Assembly (NCBI GenBank): GCA_964591605.1
Contig: CAZQEN010000002.1
Coordinates: 6,444 to 55,687 of the forward strand
Direction: 5' to 3'
Length of the DNA stretch: 49,244 bases
DNA from: an uncultured Planctomycetales bacterium
GTDB taxonomy: Bacteria > Planctomycetota > Phycisphaerae > UBA1845 > PWPN01
Below the pieces are notes generated by a model. The model was not told the DNA's origin. It saw only the letters and a list, made by a program, of their open reading frames with translations, and made no database searches. A program made the position numbers and the translations under genes. Below, in pieces: positions 42,784-49,244 of the stretch (positions are counted from its first letter, which is position 1; each line of letters starts with the position of its first letter).

Positions 42784-43515
42784 TCAGATTCCACTGCCGG
42801 CCTCGTGGACGTGAAGGCCGCATTCGGTTTTGTCGAAGCCGGCCCAGCGGCCGCTGCGGGGGTCCTGGCCGGGTTTGACTTTCGTGGTGCAGTAACCCTC
42901 CTCGGGGTGGCATCCGATGCTCAGGTAGCCCTGGGCGCGGAGCGGGTGGTACGGGAGGTCATTCTCCTGCAGGTAGTAGTGCACGTCTTTGGCCGTCCAG
43001 TTGGCGATGGGGCACAGCTTGACGAGGCCCTTGTGGTCGAGCTGGACGATGGGCGAGTTGCGGCGGGTGGCCGACTGTTCGCGGCGGATGCCGGTCAGCC
43101 ACGCCCGCAGGTCCAGCTCGCGCTTGGCCCGGTCGAAGGGTTCGCGCTTGTTCATCGCGCAGCAGGCGTCGGGGCTCGACTGCCACATCTTGCCGTGGAT
43201 GTCGAGGAAAAACTCCTTGCGCAGAGCCGGGCGATAGACGTGCAGGTTCAGACTGAGGCGCTGCCTGAGCATCTCCATGAACGCGAGCGTCTCGGGGAAG
43301 AGAAAGCCGGTGTTGACGGCGATGACCTTGATGTCGGGTTTGACGCGGGTGCACAGGTGGAGCATGACGGCGCTGTCGGCGCCGAAGGAGGAGGAGACGG
43401 CGATGTCGTCTCCGAATTCGTTGACCCCCCAGGCGATGATGTCGAGCGCGTCGCGCTGTTCGAAGACGGCGTTGAGCGAGTCGAGGTCGTAATCTGCAGC
43501 AATGTCGGTTGCCAT
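42784..43515 (-). CDS. cysH: phosphoadenylyl-sulfate/adenylyl-sulfate reductase (CysH family, Cys-pair type)
   Basis: 243 aa. PP-loop-like SSSFGADSAVMLHL, CC pair (PDACCAMNKREPF), SIGCHPEEGYCT and C-terminal KTECGLH. Confidence 0.9.
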   Translation of the reverse strand: MATDIAADYDLDSLNAVFEQRDALDIIAWGVNEFGDDIAVSSSFGADSAVMLHLCTRVKPDIKVIAVNTGFLFPETLAFMEMLRQRLSLNLHVYRPALRKEFFLDIHGKMWQSSPDACCAMNKREPFDRAKRELDLRAWLTGIRREQSATRRNSPIVQLDHKGLVKLCPIANWTAKDVHYYLQENDLPYHPLRAQGYLSIGCHPEEGYCTTKVKPGQDPRSGRWAGFDKTECGLHVHEAGSGI

Positions 43516-43591
43516 CAGGGTTTCACACCTTGGGCCCGGGTCGCACGGGGCATTATAGCAGCGGGGCCGGGGGCGCCCAACCGGGACGGGC

Positions 43592-44851
43592 TCAGCCGGC
43601 GGGTTTCATGCCGTCGGTGAGCTTGTCGAGGTTATCGGCGGCGATGGAATCGCCCTCGGCGAGGCCGGAGAGAATCTCGACCTGGCCGCTGCTGGTGCGT
43701 CCGAGGGCGACGGTGGTGGCACGGAGACGGCCGTCGATCACGCGAAAGACCCGGCCCTGACCGGCGCCGGGCTGGACCTGGACGGCGGAGACGGGCACCC
43801 AGACGGCCGCGGGCTGACTGGCGGCGGGAGCAGAGGATGGAGCCTCTAACAGGAACACCACCTGGGCGGACCCTTCGACGCGAAGGTAATCATCCGGATC
43901 GTCGATGCGCACCTTGACCTGGACGGTGGCCTTGGAATAGTTCGCGCCGGGATCGATCCACATGATGTGACCCGAGTACCTGCGGTTCTTGTAGGCCTCC
44001 GGGGTGATCTGGCAGGGCATGTTGTCGCGAAGACGGGCGATGTCGAGCTCGCTGACGTCGACTTCGACGCGAAGGGCCTCCATGTCGGCGATGCTGGCGA
44101 ACTGCGAATTGGCCATGGCGCCGCGTCCGCCCTCGGCAGCCACGAAGTCGCCCACCTCGACGTTGCGTTCGAGGATCACGCCCTCGATCGGGGCGACGAC
44201 TTCGCAGTCTTTGAGCATCTTCTGGGCCCAGTCGAGGGTGGCCTGATCCATCTGGACCTGGGACTCGGCCTCGCGGAGGGCGCGCTGGGCGTCGGTAAAT
44301 TCGGTCTCCGGGGCGCTCTGGCGATCGTAGAGGCTCTTGATGCGGGCGAAGTTAAACTTCTGAAACTCGAGGCTGGCCTTGGACTTGGCGAGCCGGGCGG
44401 CGGCCTCATCCCGGCGGGCCCGGTAAATGACGTCCTCGATGTGGGCCAGCACCTGACCCCGCTTGACGCGATCGCCCTGCTCGAAATGGAGGGCGACGAT
44501 CTGGCCGGAGACCTTGGTGGAGACCTGCACGCGATGGTCGGAGACGATCTTGCCGGTGGCGGTCAGGACGGGGGGCGGGGTGTTGTCGCGACGGGCGGTG
44601 ACCTGGATGAGACGGACCGGGGTATCCGCCCGGGCAACGGCGGTGGTCTGGGCGACGACGTCGGCGACCTTCTCACGATTGATGTAAACCCATGCGCCCC
44701 CGGCAGCTATGAGTACGAGCAGAAACAGCGGCCAGAGACGGCGGCGGCTTCTGCGGCCGACGTATCCAGCGGCGACGGGGCGCTGGTCTTTGGGGATCCG
44801 GAGCGACTGAAGCTGGGAGCGAATCTCGGGTGTCGTGCTCATTGCTGTCAT
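43592..44851 (-). CDS. HlyD-family periplasmic adaptor (MacA-like membrane-fusion protein)
   Basis: 419 aa. N-terminal TM helix, lipoyl motif VSGQIVALHFEQGDRVKRGQVLAHIED, coiled-coil, VVAPIEGVILERNVEVGDFV. Confidence 0.85.
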   Translation of the reverse strand: MTAMSTTPEIRSQLQSLRIPKDQRPVAAGYVGRRSRRRLWPLFLLVLIAAGGAWVYINREKVADVVAQTTAVARADTPVRLIQVTARRDNTPPPVLTATGKIVSDHRVQVSTKVSGQIVALHFEQGDRVKRGQVLAHIEDVIYRARRDEAAARLAKSKASLEFQKFNFARIKSLYDRQSAPETEFTDAQRALREAESQVQMDQATLDWAQKMLKDCEVVAPIEGVILERNVEVGDFVAAEGGRGAMANSQFASIADMEALRVEVDVSELDIARLRDNMPCQITPEAYKNRRYSGHIMWIDPGANYSKATVQVKVRIDDPDDYLRVEGSAQVVFLLEAPSSAPAASQPAAVWVPVSAVQVQPGAGQGRVFRVIDGRLRATTVALGRTSSGQVEILSGLAEGDSIAADNLDKLTDGMKPAG

Positions 44852-44864
44852 TGTATGGCGGAGG

Positions 44865-46043
44865 TCAGGCTTTACGTAGGGCCTCGATCACCTGCGTGCG
44901 GGAGGCCCGGACGGCGGGGGCAAGGGCTCCGATGACGGCCACGAGGATGGCGAGGGCCAGGGCGGTGAGCACCGTGTCGGGGGTGGCCTTGAGTTCGTAG
45001 GCCAGGACAGTCCACGTGGCGTCCGAGAGGAAGTCCTGTCGCGCGGCCTTGAGGAGGACCACGAAACTGGCGGCCAGCCCGAACGCACAGGCGGCCACGC
45101 AGATGAGGAGCGATTCGAGCAGGAAGGCGACGACGATCGAGCTGCGCGAGAAGCCGATGGTGCGGAGCATGGCGATTTCGCGGCGGCGGCCGTCGACCGC
45201 GGCGTACATGGTGTTGGCGACGGCGAACATGGCGCCGACGGCCATGATGCTGACGAGAATGGTGGTGAGAATGACAAGCTCGCGGGTGGTCCGGGAGAGG
45301 TCGCTGTAGTAGACGGGTTCGAGCTTGGCTTCGAGCTGGACGGCGGGGCCGTTGATGTAGTCGATCGTCGTGGCGGCGGCGGCGGGGTTTTCGAGGCGGA
45401 TGAGGGCGCTGGAGGTGAAGCGCCGGCCGTAGGCGTCGTACAGGAGCGTGAGCGGGGCCCAGATTTCGCTTTCGAGCGCGCTGCCGCCTGAGGAGAAGAC
45501 GCCGACGACCTCGCAGAGCCGGCTGCTGAGGCGGCCGATGGCGATGCGGTCGCCCAGGCGCAGGTTCTGATAGCGGTCGTGGGCGCCCTGGCCGACGAGG
45601 ATCTCATCGGCGCCTTCGTGGAAGCGCCGCCCCTGGACGAGACGGACCTGGTCGTGAAGCAGGAAGGCCATGTCGCTGACGCCGCGCACGGCGACGTTGG
45701 CCATGTTGCCCTCCGGGCCGCGGCGGGCGATGGAGGTCTGGACGCAGAGCTCATGGCTGACGAGGAGGCGGCCCTGGGCGTCGCGGGCGATGCCGGGGGC
45801 CTGGTAGAGTTTTTTGGATTCTTCAGGGCCGATGATGCTGGTGCTTTCGGCGGTCGAGCCGGGCTTGAGGACGAGGACATTATTTTCGGAGCCGCTCGCG
45901 GCGAGGGAGGCGCGGATGCCCGCGGCGAAGGAGAGCAGCACGCTCAGGACGAAGACCACGACGGCCACGACGACGAAGGTGAGCGTGGTACTCAGCTTGC
46001 GGACGAAGAGATTTCGCCAGTTGTAGGACAAGGGCAAGGGCAA
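44865..46043 (-). CDS. ABC transporter permease, FtsX/MacB type (MacB periplasmic core domain + FtsX 4-TM)
   Basis: 392 aa. (TTG)MPLPLSYNWRNLFVRKLSTTLTFVVVAVVVFV..., then a periplasmic domain and a C-terminal FtsX block (MLRTIGFSRSSIVVAFLLESLLI). The TTG start at 46041-46043 is preceded by AAGGGGGA. Confidence 0.85.
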   Translation of the reverse strand: MPLPLSYNWRNLFVRKLSTTLTFVVVAVVVFVLSVLLSFAAGIRASLAASGSENNVLVLKPGSTAESTSIIGPEESKKLYQAPGIARDAQGRLLVSHELCVQTSIARRGPEGNMANVAVRGVSDMAFLLHDQVRLVQGRRFHEGADEILVGQGAHDRYQNLRLGDRIAIGRLSSRLCEVVGVFSSGGSALESEIWAPLTLLYDAYGRRFTSSALIRLENPAAAATTIDYINGPAVQLEAKLEPVYYSDLSRTTRELVILTTILVSIMAVGAMFAVANTMYAAVDGRRREIAMLRTIGFSRSSIVVAFLLESLLICVAACAFGLAASFVVLLKAARQDFLSDATWTVLAYELKATPDTVLTALALAILVAVIGALAPAVRASRTQVIEALRKA

Positions 46044-46114
46044 CGCCGGTCCCCCTTCAACAGCGATTATTCATGCCCTGGCACGAGTTGACAAGCGGTG
46101 GCGGGAGACCGGTT

Positions 46115-46191
46115 GAGATGGGAGATTGGACATTTGAGATTTGAGATTGGAATGGGGGATTGGGGGAATGGGTGAGCGAGTGGTGGGTGAT
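46115..46191. repeat. eleven-unit degenerate heptamer array; plus strand almost free of C
   Basis: GAGATGG GAGATTG GACATTT GAGATTT GAGATTG GAATGGG GGATTGG GGGAATG GGTGAGC GAGTGGT GGGTGAT. By hand count, only 2 C in 46111-46194. Confidence 0.8.
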
Positions 46192-46199
46192 GGTCGGAG

Positions 46200-48371
46200 T
46201 CATGCGGTGGATGTCTCCTGCGGGCGGGTGACATCAGAGGGGCTGTGAGTCCGCACTGGTTCACGAATCCCGCCTTGCGGAGGCTCGTTTCCGGCGTGAG
46301 CGGCGGCAGGTGCGGCCGCCAGCACGAGGCCGATGAGGAACAAGGCGGCGGCGGGGATGAGGATCCGGAGGGGCAGGTGGGTGGCGTCGGGGTCGGCCAG
46401 GCCGGTCCAGGCGGGCCAGTGCCCGACCATGGGGATCGTGGTGGAAATGGCGTTGTGCAGGGCGTGGATGATCATGCCGGGCAGGATGGAGCGGGTCTGC
46501 CAGCAGATGCAGCCGAGGAGAATGCCGATCAGCGTGGTGACGGGGATGCGGTCGAACATGAAGTGATAGATGCCGAAGATAAGGCCGGCCACGGCGATGG
46601 CGGCCCACTTGCGAAAGCCGCGGGCCAGGCCGCTGAGCACAAAGCCGCGGAAGAGGAGCTCTTCGGTGATGGCGGGGATGACGGCGAGGAAGAGGATAAC
46701 CAGCGGCAGCGGCATGGCCTTCAATTCGGTCAGGAGTTTCTCACTGAGTTCCTCGACGGCGCGGGAAGGCGGCAGCAGTCTGGCCTGGGCGTGGATGAAC
46801 TCGTTGGCAAGGGCCCAGCTCGAGAGGCCGATGAACAGCGCGCCGATGACCGCCCGTGCGGAGGGGGTGCGCAGGCTGAAGGTCGAACGCAGGTCGATCT
46901 TGAAATAGATGCATACGGCGAGCGGCACGATCACGAAGAGGAGCAGGAACTGCAGCAGGGCGAGCCGGCCGAGCATGCGGGCGAAATGCGCGCCCGAGGC
47001 GTCGCCGAGCAGCGATTGTGCATAGAAGCTGGCAGGGAAGAGGAGGGCGGCCAGCAGAAGGGCGTGCGAGGTGGGCGGACGCTCCGCAGGTACGAAGAAA
47101 CGCCGGGTCAGCAGCACGCGGTAGGAACGGGTGTCGGCGAAGAGGACGGCCTCCTGGCCGAAGAGGCGCGCCGCGACGGCGATGGCCGCGGTGGCGTAGA
47201 GGCCGGTGGAGAGGACGACGACGGCAACCTGGGTCCAGGTCCAGGTGCCCTGCAGCAGTTCGCGGGCCAGGAGGACCATATTGCCGACCGGCATGACCAA
47301 CATGCCGCGTTCGAGGCGCACGCTGGGGAAGGTGGCGGCGAAGGCGGGAATGAGGGAGACGATCATGACGGGCATGATGTAGTTCTGGGCTTCCTTGAAC
47401 GTGCGGGCGAAGCTGCAGACGGCCAGGAGGATGGCACTGAAGAGGAGTGCGAACGGGACGAGACAGAGGAGCACCATCGGCAGCACGGAAAGCGGGAACT
47501 GCACGGGCATCTCGGCGGAGAGGGCCTGGGTAAGGCCGGAGAAGTGCATGGTGGCCCCGACGCTACCGACGTTCAGAGCGGCGGTGATCATGGCGATGGT
47601 GAAGACGACGAAGAACTTGCCCACGATGAGATGCATGGGCGGGACGGGGGCGACCATGATGGTTTCGAGGGTGCCGCGTTCGCGTTCGCCGGCGGTGAGA
47701 TCGATGGCCGGGTAGATCGCGCCGGTGATGGTCATGAGGACGAGGACGAGGGGGATGATCTGGCCGAGGGCCCAGCCGCCGCGCTGGCGCTCGGTGGCGG
47801 TGGAGAGGGTGTTGACTTCCACCGGCTTGAGCAGTTGATCGACGGTGATTTGCTCGCCCGGTGCGGCAGCGAGCAATCCGGAGAGGACCTCGCGGGTGAG
47901 CAGCTCGCGGTATTCGTCAAAGACGGTCTGGAGCTGGCTGACGGCCGTGCGGCTGCGGACGTCGACTTCGTTGTAGTGGATCTGGACAGTGACCTGCGGG
48001 GGGAGCGGCGGCGGTTGGGGCGAAAAGGCCAGAGCCAGGTGGGCGTGGATCTGCTCGTTCCACTGGTCGGGCGGGGTGTCGCCGATCTGGACGTTGAACC
48101 TCGGCATCGGGCGGTCAGGGGGGCGGCGGCCGGCGACGACCTGGAGGATGTGCTCGAAGTGAGCCTGGGTGGACGCGTCGGGGACTTCGACGACGTATTC
48201 CTCGGATTCGAGTCGGGCCTGCTCGGATTCGGCGGCGCGGACGAAGGCGAGCATGATGAGCGGGTAGAGGACGACGGGGATGACGATCATGGCGGCCAGG
48301 GTGCGGCGGTCGCGCAGGATGTCGAGGAGTTCTTTGCGATAAATGGTCTGAATCCGCGACCGGGAGATCAT
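46200..48371 (-). CDS. fusion protein: NatB-like ABC-2 permease (N-terminal) + CPBP/CAAX (Abi) intramembrane metalloprotease (C-terminal)
   Basis: 723 aa. N-terminus MISRSRIQTIYRKELLDILRDRRTL, a large extracytoplasmic loop and an ABC-2 TM bundle. The C-terminal third carries the CPBP motifs EELLFRG, FGIYHF and HALHN. Its ATG overlaps the ATPase stop (ATGA at 48368-48371). Confidence 0.85.
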   Translation of the reverse strand: MISRSRIQTIYRKELLDILRDRRTLAAMIVIPVVLYPLIMLAFVRAAESEQARLESEEYVVEVPDASTQAHFEHILQVVAGRRPPDRPMPRFNVQIGDTPPDQWNEQIHAHLALAFSPQPPPLPPQVTVQIHYNEVDVRSRTAVSQLQTVFDEYRELLTREVLSGLLAAAPGEQITVDQLLKPVEVNTLSTATERQRGGWALGQIIPLVLVLMTITGAIYPAIDLTAGERERGTLETIMVAPVPPMHLIVGKFFVVFTIAMITAALNVGSVGATMHFSGLTQALSAEMPVQFPLSVLPMVLLCLVPFALLFSAILLAVCSFARTFKEAQNYIMPVMIVSLIPAFAATFPSVRLERGMLVMPVGNMVLLARELLQGTWTWTQVAVVVLSTGLYATAAIAVAARLFGQEAVLFADTRSYRVLLTRRFFVPAERPPTSHALLLAALLFPASFYAQSLLGDASGAHFARMLGRLALLQFLLLFVIVPLAVCIYFKIDLRSTFSLRTPSARAVIGALFIGLSSWALANEFIHAQARLLPPSRAVEELSEKLLTELKAMPLPLVILFLAVIPAITEELLFRGFVLSGLARGFRKWAAIAVAGLIFGIYHFMFDRIPVTTLIGILLGCICWQTRSILPGMIIHALHNAISTTIPMVGHWPAWTGLADPDATHLPLRILIPAAALFLIGLVLAAAPAAAHAGNEPPQGGIREPVRTHSPSDVTRPQETSTA

Positions 48372-49244
48372 GGGGAGACCTCCGGCGGGGATGGCGGATT
48401 GAGAGGATTGTCGATTGCCGCTTGCCGATTGCCGATTTCTTCGTGCCCTCTTGCGGTCACCCGCTCACCGCCGCGTCTGCGTTGCCCCTCGCCCTCTCCC
48501 GTCCCGGTCGGAGATGTGCCGGGAGGCGTCAGAGGAGCATCCGTCATGGGAGAGGGCTGCGCGAGGGCGAGGAAGATGTCGGTGAGGCGTTCGAGGCCGG
48601 TGCGGGCGCGGAGGTCGGGCATGGTGCCTTCGGCGACGAGCCGGCCCTCGTGGAGCAGGCCGATGCGGTCGCACAGGGTCTCGGCCTCGTCGAGGTAATG
48701 GGTGCTCAGGAGGATGGCTTTGCCGGCGGTCCGCTCGCGGCGGATGAAATCGAGGATGACGCGGTTGGTGAGGACGTCGAGGCCGAGGGTGGGCTCGTCC
48801 ATGACGAGGACGGGCGGGTCGGCGATGAGGGCGCGGGCGATGTTGGTTCGCTGCTTCTGGCCGGTGGAGAGGGCGCCGCAGCGCAGGTCGGCGAAGTCGT
48901 GCATGCCGAGCAGGTCGATGAGCTCGGCGACGCGGCGGCGGGCGGCGGCGCGTTCGATGCCGTTGAGCTCGGCGAAATACGGGAGCAACTCGCGGGGGCT
49001 GAGGCGCTGGTAGAGGCCGGTGTTGGCGGTGAGGAAGCCGATGCAGCGTTTGGCGGCGAGCGGGTCGGCCTGGACGTCGATGCCGCTGACGAAGACGCGG
49101 CCGGCGGTGGGCTGCATGAGGCCCGAGAGGATGCGCAGGGTGGTGGTCTTGCCGGCACCGTTGGGGCCGAGCAGGCCGTAGATTTCGCCGGCGGCGACGC
49201 GGAAGCTGACGTTGTCGACCGCGCGGCGCAGGGGGCCGGTGGCG
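48368..49244 (-). CDS. ABC transporter ATP-binding protein (NatA/CcmA-like), N-terminus beyond the right edge; carries a 62-aa low-complexity C-terminal tail
   Basis: The track starts it at Met 49117, but the frame stays open to the window edge and encodes Walker A (GLLGPNGAGKTT). It also has the signature LSTGQKQR, Walker B VLVMDEPT and H-loop LSTHY. The tail is PSPMTDAPLTPPGTSPTGTGEGEGQRRRGG... Confidence 0.9.
   Translation of the reverse strand, partial: ATGPLRRAVDNVSFRVAAGEIYGLLGPNGAGKTTTLRILSGLMQPTAGRVFVSGIDVQADPLAAKRCIGFLTANTGLYQRLSPRELLPYFAELNGIERAAARRRVAELIDLLGMHDFADLRCGALSTGQKQRTNIARALIADPPVLVMDEPTLGLDVLTNRVILDFIRRERTAGKAILLSTHYLDEAETLCDRIGLLHEGRLVAEGTMPDLRARTGLERLTDIFLALAQPSPMTDAPLTPPGTSPTGTGEGEGQRRRGGERVTARGHEEIGNRQAAIDNPLNPPSPPEVSP

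Noticed and set aside
46245-48698. 817-aa plus-strand ORF
   Set aside because: It is antisense to the ABC-2/CPBP fusion and the ATPase. It is a Gly/Asp/Glu/Ala-rich shadow frame.
1-49244. Search by eye for tRNA, rRNA, tmRNA, RNase P, SRP RNA, integrase, transposase and phage genes
   Set aside because: I found no T-loop/acceptor patterns, conserved ncRNA boxes or recombinase motifs. Absence is by visual inspection only and should be confirmed with tRNAscan-SE and Infernal.

Overview
High-GC (roughly two-thirds G+C by eye) chromosomal segment, most likely from a Planctomycetota/PVC bacterium, possibly Phycisphaerae-like. This is inferred from a PVC-type membrane-bound-dehydrogenase/CxxCH heme protein, many lipobox and Tat signal peptides, TPR proteins and a small secreted protein with the GPLTPPxGAVxPTxKTLDEI N-terminus. 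I call 38 protein-coding genes. They include lutABC, GTP-type PEP carboxykinase, an RND pump with its adaptor, a CapD-type sugar dehydratase, cysH, dus, DJ-1/PfpI, YbjQ, DinB, two metallophosphoesterases, an HTTM/gamma-carboxylase-like membrane protein, a hicB-hicA toxin-antitoxin pair, and a four-gene ABC cluster at the right edge. By eye I found no rRNA, tRNA, CRISPR array, transposase or integrase. Most long ORFs antisense to the real genes are high-GC shadow ORFs. What the gene list does not explain is the non-coding architecture. (1) The hicBA cassette is bracketed by two diverged copies of the 3' end of the neighbouring TPR gene, 934 bp apart. (2) A MITE-like element family with about 23-nt terminal inverted repeats has 4-5 copies, all intergenic. 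(3) A second, nested-palindrome element family is present. (4) Four islands between 33.5 and 48.4 kb are degenerate heptanucleotide tandem arrays, each with a different 7-mer word. They sit at gene 3' ends, and one is translated as the tail of the ABC ATPase. (5) Three tandem 30-bp hairpin units lie in a 1.07-kb gene-poor gap. The best candidate for a system is the ABC cluster: one ATPase, an ABC-2 permease fused to a CPBP protease, an FtsX/MacB-type permease with no ATPase of its own, and a HlyD adaptor. All functional readings are inference from motifs read by eye; no database search was run.
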